From: Octopus vulgaris
Lineage: Eukaryota
DNA length: 64,000 bases
Direction of reading: 5' to 3'
NCBI GenBank assembly: GCA_951406725.2
Contig: OX597834.1
Location: 41,788,001 to 41,852,000 of the forward strand
The translations under genes and the position numbers were made by a program. Positions 27,340 through 39,317 of the stretch are shown here, in pieces (the stretch's first letter is position 1; each line of letters starts with the position of its first letter). The notes beneath the pieces were generated by a model. It was not told the origin of the DNA, searched no databases, and was given only the letters and a program-made list of their open reading frames with translations.

Positions 27340-28470
27340 ATGATAATAATAACAGCAGCAGTGATATTCCTAGGGTTTGTGGAATCGGTTGTAATAGAAA
27401 TGAAGGTGATGACGATGATGACGATGATGATGATGATGTATTGGCATTCGGAGATAATTGCGATATGGCAGAGGAAGGAGTTAATGATGTCAGTGCCTGT
27501 GGAGGAGGAGGAGGAGGTAGTGGACAAAGGACAGGTGTTGATAATGATGTTGATGAGTGGTCATTTACCTTGCCAACACCAGGTACTAGCTGTGGATGTG
27601 GTGGTTGTGATGGTGGTGGATGTTATGACGACTGTAATGATAGTGTTAATGGAAGTGATGTGGTGGTGGTGGTGGTGGTGGTGGTGATAGTGAAAGTTAT
27701 GATGCTGAGAGTGATGTGGTGGTGGTGAAGGCTGTGGAGGTGGTGGTGGTGGCTGTGGTGATGATGATGGCGGTAACAGTGGTGATGGTGACAGCGGTTG
27801 CAGTGGTAGTAGTAGCAGTGATGGTAGGGGTGGTAGCTGTGGTTGTGGTGGTAGTAATGGTGGTGATGGTGAAGGTGGTAGTCAGGGAGGTGGTAGTCGC
27901 AACAGTGGTGGTGGTGTTAGTAGTGGTGGTGGTGGTAGTGATCATGTCCTAGACAGGTGTTAATAGAGCCATTGTTCTGTTTTTTTTTTGTTTTCTTTAT
28001 TGGATACTCACCTCCCCCTTCTGCCAGCACCACCACCACCACCACTGCCACCACCACTACCACCACAACCACCACCACCACAACCACCACTTTGTGCAAT
28101 CAGCTGGAGTCTTTTTAATGTCTAGATTTGGTCCATGAAAAATTGTGGCAGTCAATATTAGGTGACATGGTGGTGGTGGTGGTGGTTTGGGTGGTGGTAG
28201 CTGTAGTGGTGATGGTACTTGTTGAGGTCATGGTGGTGGTGGTGTTGGCAATGGTATTGGTTATTGTGGTGGTTTAATGATGTTGGAGATGTAGGTGGCT
28301 TATGTGGAAGGAAAGTAGTGATCATAGTAGTAGTGGTGGCCATCATGGAGAAGGTAGTAGTTATGGTGATGATGATGATGACGGTGATGGTGGTAGTGTT
28401 GGTGGTTGCTATTTTGGTAGTGGTGATGGTAGAGGTGGTGGTTATGATGATGGTGATAATGGCTGTCATA
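27340..28470. repeat. Cryptic (GGT/GAT/AGT)n low-complexity tract
   Basis: Degenerate trinucleotide repeats; similar tracts at 2585-2850, 17100-17300, 24260-24600 and 28880-28975. Confidence 0.85.
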
Positions 28471-28477
28471 GTATTTA

Positions 28478-28870
28478 ATTTCTTTTATTGCCCACAAGGG
28501 GCTAAACACAGAGGGAAGAAACAAGGACAGACAAGGGGATTAAGTCGATTACATCGACCCCAGTGTGTAACAGGTACTTAATTTATCGACCACCAAAAGG
28601 ATGAAAGGCAAAGTTGATCTCGGCGGAATTTGAACTCAGAACATAACAGCAGAAGAAAAACCTATTTCTTTACTACCCACAAGGGGTTAAACACAGAGGG
28701 AACAAACAAGGGCAGACAAACGGACCCAGTGCGTAACTGGTACTTAATTTATCGATCCCGAAAGGATGAAAGGTAAAGTTGACCTCGGCGGAATTTGAAC
28801 TCAGAACATAAAGACTGACGAAATACCGCTAAGCATTTCGCCCGGGGTCCTAACGATTCAGCCAGCTCAC
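28478..28870 (-). mobile_element. SINE family B tandem dimer
   Basis: Two head-to-tail family B units, junction near 28660. Confidence 0.85.
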
Positions 28871-31293
28871 CTAACGGTTGTCATAGTAGTTGTCGTGGTG
28901 ATGGTGGTGGAGGTGAAGATGGCCGTGGTGATGGTGGTGGGTTCAGTGGTGGTGGAGGTGGTGGTGGTGGTAGATTGGGGAAAGATGCTTTCGTATGTGA
29001 CAATGGTAAGAGTGTGACGAGAGGACAATGGAAAGGAGGTGGGGGTCACTACATCATTCGGATAATCCAGAGGAGCAGGAAACACTGCAGTAGCAGTAGA
29101 AAAAGCCAGCGAGTGGACACAGAACTTTATAAGGTAGTGTTTGTAAGTCCGTTTGTTCATGGTTGCTGTTGACATTTAGCCCAAGGTCACTGACGACCGA
29201 GTAGACAATGGTCAAAAACAATCCAACCATGAACATCCTGTCATTTTTTGCATATATTTTAGTGATTGTGTTTTTTGGTGGTAATTCTGTTTAGAGATAG
29301 TTGTGGCAGTGGCAGTGGTGGTGGTCGTTAGGAGTGTCAGTGTTGATTGTGTTCCTGCTAGTGGGAGTAGTGTTGCTGTTCAGGAGTGTGTGTGGGGGGG
29401 GTATCTAAGGCATAAATAGCAAACGATATTATCAACTCGTTAGTATTAGTGGTGGGCTACAGCTGAGAAGGAAGTGTTGTATAACCTTATTCTTCATAGA
29501 AATGTCTATAATGATGATGATGATGATGGTGGTGTTGTTTCTTTTACGTTACCCTCGTGACTGTTACATATTAAGTGTATACGTATGTGTGTGTGTGTGT
29601 GCATATGTCTGACTATATACATTATGTATGAGGACCTTAGTACCTATGAGTCTGTGTGTGTGTGTGTATGTGAACAAATAACTGTATGTGTCTCCGTCGT
29701 GCATGTGTCTATCTGTATGAACGTGTTGTCAGTTTTTCGTGAGTGACTCTGTGTATGTATCTGTTTCTTACTGTGTGTGTGTGACAATCAATTAAGTGTG
29801 GGTGTGTGTTAGTCAATCAAGTGTGTGTGTATGTGTGTGTGTGTGTGTTAAATTTATTGCCAGTAGTAATTATATGGGTGTATGTTAAGAGTACTCAAGT
29901 TGACAACTCTGCTCCATAGAGTTTATGAAAGACAATATAAGAAAGAGAAAGGAGCTGACATTTATACGAAAATGTCAACAATGGAAAATAGGGGGGTTTT
30001 AGGATCTCCAGTTCCCCGTCTAGTCTAGCATGTGTATGAGAAAGAGAGACAGACAGAAAAATAGAGAATGTATATGCACATGTGTGTGTGTGTGTATGTT
30101 AGGGAGGCCTCGAAGGTGTCTCTGTAGAGCTATGGTTCTCAACTGAGATCCTTATGTAGCCCTTAGGGGTCCAAATAAGATTTGGTTGTTAAAATTTATC
30201 TGCAATAAATTGGTTATACTAGTATAATACACAAAATATCTTAACAATTTTTATTTTTTTTACTATTCCTAATAATATTTGATTATGAAAATATCATCAT
30301 CATCATCATCGTTTAACGTCCGCTTTCCATGCTAGCATGGGTTGGACGAATGACTAAGGGCTGGCGAACCAGATGGCTACACCAGGCTTCAATCTTGATC
30401 TGGCAGAGTTTCTACAGCTGGATGCCCTTCCTAACGCCAACTACTCCGAGAGGGTAGTGGGTGCTTTTTACGTGCCACTGGCACGGGGGCCAGTCATGTG
30501 GTACTGGCAACGACCTCGCTCGAATCTTTTACACATGCCACCGGCACAGGTGCCAGTAAGGCGACGGTGGTAACGATCACGCTCGAATGGTGTCATTTAC
30601 GTGACTTGTTCAAATTAGGGCACTGCTCCAGCATGGCCACAGTCAAATGACTGGAAATAGTAAAAGTACATAAACGATTTACTCGGTCAGTGTTGATTTG
30701 GTGCTACACGACAACCCTGGCTGTAATTTGGTCAATGACAAAATGACGAGAGAGTAAACACACAACAACAGTCAGCATTTCAAGTGGTTTTTGTTCTTTT
30801 AACGAAGGTTCTCCTCATTAATTGCAGTTTCATGATGAGAACGTAATTTAACTAAGAACCATCATTTAGGTTATTGTTCTAACAGAACTGCAATTTCTTG
30901 GCAAGTTTAGGTACAGCCAGAGTAATGGAATTCCAAAGTGTGTACTTTGGAAAATTTCCATCATTAATTTGATTTTCCTAGTGTCAATGACACTTGGTGT
31001 GTGTGCATGCATGTGTGTGTGTGTGTGTGCATGTGCGTGTGTGCATTGTGTGTGTGTTTATGTGTCTGAGTGTGCGTGTGTGTGGGTGAGGATCCCAAAA
31101 GGTGAATAACTTCTGTACATGTGATCTTTTAATGCTGTTTATGAACCAACGACCATGAATACACCACACTATGGCCAATGGTGATGATGATGATGAAATA
31201 ATTTAATAAAACAGGCAACACCGAAAGTGAATTTAATTACAGTGTTACCTGTCATATGATGAGAACATCCGTTTGTCACTGTGGGTAATATCG

Positions 31294-31520
31294 TGGCTTA
31301 GTGGTTAGGGTGTCAGCACCATGATCGTAAGATTGTGGTTTCGATTCCTGGACCGGGTGATGCGTTGTGTTCTTGAGCAAAACACTTCATTTCACGTTGC
31401 TCCAGTCCACTCAGCTGGCAAAAATGAGTAATCCTGCGACGGACTGGCGTCCCGTCCAGCTGGGGAACACATATGCCATTGAAACCGAGAAACCGGGCCC
31501 ATGAGCCTGGCTAGGCTTTC
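31294..31520 (+). mobile_element. tRNA-derived SINE family C
   Basis: TGGCTTAGTGG A box, GTTTCGATTCC B box, TTGAGCAA..CAC motif, CCTGCGACGGACTGGCGTCCCGTCCAG segment; related copies near 5773, 8485, 13193, 38063(-) and 61936. Confidence 0.8.
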
Positions 31521-32010
31521 AAAGGGCGCATTTATCTTTTTTCTTTTACATAGGAACAATAATTTACTATCAAATTTCGAAATTTTCGTAGTTATTGTCC
31601 TCATTATCATCATCTAACGTCCATTTTCCATGCTAGCATGGGTTGGACGGTTTCACCGGGGTCTGATAAGCCATGGAGGCTGCACCAGGCTCTAGTCTGA
31701 TTTGGCAGTGTTTCTACAGCTGGATGCCCTTCCTAACGCCAACCACTCCGTGAGTGTAGTTGGTGATTTTTACGTGCCACCGGCACAGGGGCCAAAGCAG
31801 GCTGGCAAACGGACACGATCAGTTGGTGCTTTTACGTGTCACCGACACAGATGCCAGTCGGGCGGCGCTAGTATCTGACACTTTCAGATGGTGCTGTTTA
31901 GGTGTCACCGGTACGGGTGTCTTAACTACAATTTCCATTTGAATTTTTATTTTGATGCTGACGTACTTGACTCAACAGGTCTCCTCAAGGAAACTGAAAG
32001 AAGCCCGTCA

Positions 32011-32051
<41 letters not shown>

Positions 32052-32681
32052 GCTGTCCAACCCATGCTAGCATGGAAAACGGACATTAAACGATGATGAT
32101 GATGATGTATGTATATGTTTGTTTGTCTGTGTTTGTCCCTCCAACATGACTTGACAAACGATGCTGATGTGTTTACGTCCCCGTCTCTTAGCGGTTCGGC
32201 AAGAGACTGATAGAATAAGTACTAGGTTTACAAAGAATAAGTCCTGGGGTTGATTTGCTCGACTAAAGATGGCGCTCCAGCATGGCCGCAGTCAAATGAC
32301 TGAAACAAATAAAAGAATAGAAAAAACAAAGAATATACATATATGTGACAGGCCTTCGTATATCAAGATTCAGCCCGGAACAGTGAAGTTACAAAACCAA
32401 GTTCTGAAGTTCTGTGCACTGCCTGTCTCAGTGGTCAAGATCATTTGATCGTTTTGAACGGTAATGCCTTGCAGACGTTGCTAGAACCAGATTTTCCGTT
32501 TCTCTCTTATTTGTAGTGTTTCAAATCAAGAGATGAACAGGCTTAAAGCCACTGCAGCCAGCCTATCAATACAACCCCAGCTGATACGAAACAGAAAGAA
32601 AGAAAGAGGTGCAGAGAGGTGCAGAGAGGTGGGGGCTCAGCAAAAGAGCAATAAATAAACAAACAAATAAACAAATAGAAC

Positions 32682-32810
32682 CTTAAAATATTCTTCTTCT
32701 TTTGCATCCAGTTGTTCTTTTGATAGGTTGTAGTCCCAGGGTGGCCGTTTGGGGATGTCCAGCACAGATCCGGGTAAATAAATTGTCTCAAGGTCCACTT
32801 CCAAATCTTT
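32682..32810 (-). CDS. GNL1: GNL1 coding exon 4
   Basis: Acceptor tgttacacag, donor AAG|GTTCTA; 129 nt, phase 0/0; KDLEVDLETIYLPGSVLDIPKRPPWDYNLSKEQLDAKEEEYFK vs human YQPGSVLDFPRRPPWSYEMSKEQLMSQEERSFQ. Confidence 0.95.
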
Positions 32811-32874
32811 CTGTGTAACAAAATGAAAACACATAAAAATTAGTAATAAAATATAAGGGGTTATAATGAAGGTG

Positions 32875-33245
32875 ACAGAGGGAGTAGTACAAGGGGGTAG
32901 GGGAGTAGTGATAGGAGGGGTAGTAGAGGATTAGTACATGGGGGGATAATAGAGTGGAAGTAGTAGTAGTACAAGGGGGTAGTGGAGCATTAGTATGTGA
33001 GGGGAGTAGTAGTAGTAGTACAAGGGGGTAGTGGAGCATTAGTACATAAGGGGAGTAGTAGTAGTAATAGTAGTACATGGGGGTAGTAGAGCCTTAGTAT
33101 GTGAGGGGCAGTAAAGTATTAGTACATGGAGTAGTAGGGTAGTAGTAGTAGTAGTAGTAATACATGAGGGGGTAGTAGAGTATTAGTACATGGGGAGGGT
33201 ATTAGTGATAGACGGTGAGATAATGTAGTGTTAGTAGTACATGAA
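32875..33245. repeat. Degenerate AGTAGTACA(A/T)GGGGG minisatellite filling GNL1 intron 3
   Basis: Recurrent TAGTACA.GGGGG.TAGT.GAG.ATTAGTA units. Confidence 0.8.
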
Positions 33246-33370
33246 GATGGTGGTGGTGTTAGTGGCGTTGGTGGGGAATGGAATGTAACAGATTTTTTTT
33301 TATTATCAAATCCACGATTTACCTTCTTTTAGGAGAAAAGGAACCACAAAAAACATTGAAGAACTCTCAC

Positions 33371-33458
33371 CTCTGACACTGGAGTGTATGGCTGCCTGGC
33401 TAGTTTTTTGTTTTTCTCAATCTCTTCTTTAGACTCTTGAAAAAACTGCAACCGGTAC
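33371..33458 (-). CDS. GNL1: GNL1 coding exon 3
   Basis: Acceptor ctctgtctccag, donor GAG|GTGAGA; 88 nt; (R)YRLQFFQESKEEIEKNKKLARQPYTPVSE vs human RYRLHFERDSREEVERRKRAAREQVLQPVSA. Confidence 0.93.
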
Positions 33459-33970
33459 CTGGAGACAGAGAGCAATCGAGAATTTCAAAAACTATGGTAA
33501 CATTGGAAAGAAAAGGATTTATTTTGACAAAATAAAGAGTGTGTTAATTGACAGAGATAAACCAATCAATTGTCTTCGTTATAAAACTTATGTAGATAGA
33601 TTTATAATCAAAGGAAAGTGCAGCTAACCATCTCATCTTTTTACAGGTATGGTATGCAGGATTAAATTATCTAATGGAATGGTTCTTTTAAATCCATATT
33701 CATAAACTTAATTTGTTCAGTAAATATTATTTATTAAAATTAAAGCAAAAGATATGAATGATTTGTTTTACTGCTTCAGTTTAATTTTCAACTCTTTTAT
33801 AAATATTATTCTCATTCTATGAAGGTAAAAAAAGAAGAAGAAAAATACAGATTCCATGAACTTCATCCATCTATATGCAATGTCTTGATTGATAAAATAT
33901 GTTTAATATATTTCAGGTTATGCCATCCTTATGATTTCTAAAGAGAATGAAATAGTGCTCTACATGATTA

Positions 33971-34190
33971 CCTATTTCTTTACTACCCACAAGGGGCTAA
34001 ACACAGAGAGGACAGACACACGGATTAAGTTGATTACATAGACCCCCCCCCCCCAGTGCGTAACTGGTACTTAATTTATCGGCCCCGAAAGGATGAAAGG
34101 CAAAGTCGACCTCGGCAGAATTTGAACTCAGAACGTAACGGCAGATGAAATACCGCTAAGCATTTCGTCCGGCATGCTAACGGTTCTGCC
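33971..34190 (-). mobile_element. SINE family B copy
   Basis: Reverse-complement match to family B. Confidence 0.85.
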
Positions 34191-34767
34191 ATGATTAGAA
34201 GTTTTAAGAACTTCATAACGAGTAAACAACAAAAAGCAATAAATTAAATAAAATTTAAAAAAGTGGATTCTATGATTCTAAGCAGCTCTTTCCTTACTCT
34301 TGAATTTCAAGTTCAAATTTCTAATCCTACCAAATATTATGAAGAAATGATTACCTCCCTTGCAATAACTGCCCATGAGGGAGCAACACATATTTTTTAC
34401 ATAAAAATACTTTTACATTCAATAAAATATTACAAGACTGCAAGCTGGCAGAATTGTTAGCATGCTGGGCAAAATGCTTGGCAGCGTTTCGTTCATATTT
34501 ACACAGTAAGTTCAAATTCTGCTGAGCTTGACTTTGCCTTCATGTGGCTGAGTGTACCAAGCGACACAACTGTGTTTACTTTGCAAGTTGTGAAATTTAT
34601 GGTTTTGCAATCACGTGTATGCTGTAGTCTGTGATTTTTGTCATGGTCAGAAACAAAGAACCCTACCACCCATGTAGGCCGCAGCAGGATTTGAACCCAA
34701 AACATAAAAAGCAGAAACAAATGCCGTAAAGCATCCGATTACAATGCTCTACCAACTCAGCCAGCCC

Positions 34768-35049
34768 ACCACCACCACCACCACCATCACCACCGCCATC
34801 ACCGCCACCACCACCACCACCATCACCGCCACCACCACCACCACCATCACTGCCACCACCACCACCACCATCACTGCCACCACCACCACCACCATCACTG
34901 CCACCACCACCACCACCATCACTGCCACCACCACCACCACCATCACTGCCACCACCACCACCACCATCACCGCCACCACCACCACCACCATCACCGCCAC
35001 CACCACCACCACCATCACTGCCACCACCACCACCACCACCGCCACCACC
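34768..35049. repeat. 24-bp higher-order (ACC)n repeat
   Basis: Unit ACCACCACCACCACCATCAC(T/C)GCC repeated about 10 times. Confidence 0.95.
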
Positions 35050-35715
35050 CTAGAACGACATTTTATTTGTCCAGTCCAGGAGGATGAAAGGCGACAGTGA
35101 CCTCTATGAGATGTGAACTCAGAATAAACACCCCAGAGCATCTCGTCCTGTGCCCTAACAACAACTGCCACTTCACTGTCTCCAACAATTAACAACTTCC
35201 CTTCTGTTTGTTTCGTTACACAGATTTGGTAGATTTAGGTTTGTAGTGAATAGTCATTTTCTGAATTATTACATGGCTTAGTCAGAAGAAGGACAGCGCC
35301 CAGGATCTTTTTGTAGTGTCTGCTAAACTCATCGCTGTAAATCCGTTGTGAGTAATTACACTGTAATAAATACATCACCTGTAATTTCATCACCTGGTAA
35401 TTTTGTGGCAAGGTAATTACATCGTAAGCCAATATACATTATTCGTAAATTCATTGTCATGCTTATTTTAGCCTTTTTTTTTTTTTTCCGTTTATCTGCA
35501 GAGTAGATGCCTTGCTAAGCTTTATTTAAGGGAGAAGCGTTTGGTATTTCATTAACGATAAAGACGTAATTTGAACAAAAACATAACATCAAGTTTAACC
35601 ATGGCTGGGAAAACAAATCAAAATTACTTTTAAAAAGCTGAATCTCAAACAGACACAGAAAAAAGGGTCCGTGAGAAAATTTTGCTTCAGCTGTATCTAC
35701 TGCAAGAAACTTACT

Positions 35716-36108
35716 TACTTTTACTTTTTACTTGTTTCAGTCATTTGACTGCGGCCATGCTGGAGCACCGCCTTTAGTCGAGCAAATCAACCCCGGGACT
35801 TATTCTTTGTAAGCCCAGTACTTATTCTATCGGTCTCTTTTGCCGAACCGCTAAGTGACGGCGACGTAAACACACCAGCATTGGTTGTCAAGCAATGCTA
35901 GGGGGACAAACACAGACACACACACAAATATATATACATATATACGACAGGCTTCTTTCAGTTTCCATCTACCAAATCCACTCACAAGGCATTGGTCGGC
36001 CCGGGGCTATAGCAGAAGACACTTGCCCAAGATGCCACGCAGTGGGACTGAACCCGGAACCATGTGGTTGGTTAGCAAGCTACTTACCACACAGCCACTC
36101 CTGCGCCT
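35716..36108 (-). mobile_element. SINE family A copy
   Basis: Full-length reverse-complement match. Confidence 0.9.
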
Positions 36109-36225
36109 AAATTTCTCAAACATTTTACAAGGTTCAACCTACACAAGTGAATGTGTGGAAAGCAAAATAGGGATTTTGAAAGAAGCAGCCTATAACACTA
36201 GTTTTTAAACATCAAATGGCTTTAA

Positions 36226-36746
36226 GGGTCCAGAGATAGAAAATGATTGACCATCGTTCACTGGGGTGTAGGTAATTGTTAGAACACTGTATCCAAAAAC
36301 AGGAACTATGGTCACAGGTGGAACTCTGGCTTTAGGGGTCCACCAGAATAAAATAGTAATGAAAGGGGTCCACAGATAGAAAATGATTGACCATCATTCA
36401 CTGGGGTATAGATGATTGTTAAAACACTATATCTAAAAACAGGAACTATGGTCACAGGTGGAACTCTGGCTTAAGGGGTCCACCAGAATAAAATAGTAAT
36501 CAAAAGGGTCCACAGATAGAAAATGATTGACCATCGTTCACTGGGGTGTAGATAATTGTTAAAACACTGTATCTAAAAACAGGAACTATGGTCACAGGTG
36601 GAACTCTGGCTTAAGGGGTCCACCAGAATAAAATAGTAATCAAAAGGGTCCACAGATAGAAAATGATTGACCATCGTTCACTGGGGTGTAGATGATTGTT
36701 AGAACACTGTATCTAAAAACAGGAGCGGTGGTCACAGGTGGAACTC
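36226..36746. repeat. 140-bp minisatellite, about 3.7 copies
   Basis: GGGTC-CA(C/G)AGATAGAAAATGATTGACC recurs at 36226, 36366, 36506 and 36646. Confidence 0.95.
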
Positions 36747-37144
36747 GTTTATTGATTGGTCTACTGGATCAGGAACTGACCTGGAGCGAAACGTCTATGA
36801 CAAAGACACGAATAAATGATTAAATCAATTGATTTGATGTCACTGTAACCTGATCGTCTTAATGCCTCGGTGACACATCAAGATTCGCTCACGGAAATGA
36901 ACGAACAATATCAGAATTTAACTTCAGTAAAACCTTTTAATTACATAAATGAATCAGGTAACATCCACCCCCACATCACCCTACACACACACACACAGGA
37001 AAATTAATCTTGGCTTTCCTGAGACATGTGGGTGGTGCATTTTATGCTTTGATTTTTTTTTTCCTGCTTTTGATGGTTTTTTCTCTCTTTTTTTTCCACA
37101 GAAAAAAAGAAGGTAAAAATAACTTGTAAAAATAGGTAAAAATA

Positions 37145-37562
37145 GGCGCAGGAGTGGCTGTGTGGTAAGTAGCTTACTTACCAACCACATGGCTCTGGAT
37201 TCAGTCCCACTGCGTGGCACCTTGGGCAAGTATCTTCTTCTATAGCCTCGGGCTGACCAATGCCTTGTGAGTGGATTTGGTAGACGGAAACTGAAAGAAG
37301 CCTGTCATATATATGTATATATATATATATATGTATATGGGTGTGTGTATGTGTTTGTGTGTCTGTGTTTGTCCCCCTAGCATTGCTTGACAACCGATGT
37401 TGGTGTGTTTACGTCCCCATCACTTAGCGGTTCGGCAAAAGAGACCGATAGAATAAGTACTGGGCTTACAAAGAATAAGTCCCGGGGTCGATTTGCTCGA
37501 CTAAAGGTGGTGCTCCAGCATGGCCGCAGTCAAATGACTGAAACCAGTAAAAGAGTAAAGAG
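37145..37562 (+). mobile_element. SINE family A copy
   Basis: Full-length match; inverted relative to 35716-36108. Confidence 0.9.
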
Positions 37563-38010
37563 TGTTATACTTAATCAACTAACAAATGCTGGAATAATTA
37601 GTTTGGTACTTTCTTATCGACAGCCAATTTTTTTTATTAATAAACTATCAACCCCGGTCTTTGAATGGCCCTTTATTTTATCATCAACTCCAGAAGGATG
37701 TAAGGCAAAGTCGACATCAGCAAGATTTGAACTCAAAACGTACAGTGACGCAACTAAATATGACAAGGCATTTAGTTCAATGCTCTGACGACTCTGTTCA
37801 ACCGTTGCCCCTTAATAAAAGTTTGGAAGAGGAGGGACATAGTCAATTAAAGCACCTCCAGTAATTGATTGGTGCTTCATTTCACTGACCCTAGAGAATT
37901 GAAAAGCAAAGCTGATTTAGGTGGGATTTGAGCTTAAAACATAAAGAATTGGAAGAAATACCACAAGGTATTTCCTCCGACACTCTGATGATTCTACTAA
38001 TTCATCACTT

Positions 38011-38054
<44 letters not shown>

Positions 38055-39280
38055 TGTTGTTTGTTCCTTCTGCAGCCATGCCTGGCTCATAAGGGCCGGT
38101 TTCCCGGTTTCCTTGGTGTATAGGTTCCCCACCTGGACGGGACGCTGGTCTGTCGCAGGTGAGCTGCAAGATGCAGGAGGAAAGAGTGAGAGAAAGTTGT
38201 GGCGAAAGAGTCAGCAGAAGTTTTGCTATTACCTTCTGCCAGAGCCGCGTGGAGCTTAGGTGTTTTGCTCATAAACACATACATCGCCCGGTCTGAGGTT
38301 CGAACCCACAATTCCTCGACCACGAGTCCGCTGCTCTAACCACTAGGCTATGTTGCCAGGTCATAGTGCTAGTGTTTGAATAAAAAGAATGATGATCACA
38401 GTTGAAATGCCTATGATTAAAAATCATAGGCCAACTACATCGGGTCTGACCTGGGGTTAAACAAGGACTCTGTCAACAATGATGAACTACTAGATTTATA
38501 CAATCAGACCTCTCCAGGACTACACAACAATAAAAACAACAACAACAATCACTACAAATAACACAAGCCATTGAAGAACCTCTATGAGATCTTGACTTGG
38601 TAGAAATAGCAGCCAACCATCTTCATTAACGAAGAATGCACAAGGTAAGTTCTCGATGTATTATACCTGTATATACCGGACGAGCCCAAATATTTTACAC
38701 TCTTGGAGTGGTTGGCATTAGGAAAGGCATCCAGCTATAGAAACTCTGCCAGATCAAGATTGGAGCCTGGTGCAGCCGTCTGGTTCGCCAGCCCTCAGTC
38801 AAAATCGTCAAAATCGTCCAACCCATGCTAGCATGGAAAGCGGACGTTAAACGATGATGATGATGATGATGATGAATGTAATGTAAAGAAGTGGTCAATC
38901 CTGGAATTTATTTTGACTGATCAGAGATTAAACAACAACAAAAGCAACTACATCAACACCACCTGGAAAAAAAATTTCAATGGTAGAATAACTAGAACCA
39001 GAAGAGAATAGAGAACTTATAGGTCAGAGACAGTCTATTAGAGCCAGCCATATGTTACAGATGGTGTGTGCTTAAATTAAATAAAATATTGACATCTCAC
39101 AACAACTGTGCTATTTGCAGTCGGTCCAGGCAACAAAATTTACATTATAATTGTCATTTGGAAAGTAATGTTTCCCAATATATACGTGTTTCTTCGTTTC
39201 CATCAATAAATAAGACTCATGCATGAAATTCAATGCTGACATCTGTTACACGCTGACAACAATTAAAATTTATACATACA

Positions 39281-39317
<37 letters not shown>

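Noticed and set aside
27290-27600. Minus-strand Ser/Pro-rich frame ending in a hydrophobic stretch (GPI-signal-like)
   Set aside because: No start codon, a stop shortly upstream, composition explained by trinucleotide repeats, and the frame ends inside a SINE B fragment.
28011-28100. Poly-Val signal-peptide-like exon with a GTGAGT donor
   Set aside because: Preceded by an in-frame TGA with no ATG; the Val run is a (GGT)n microsatellite.
36226-36746. CRISPR-like array
   Set aside because: Whole 140-bp units repeat with no unique spacers, the context is eukaryotic, and there are no cas genes.
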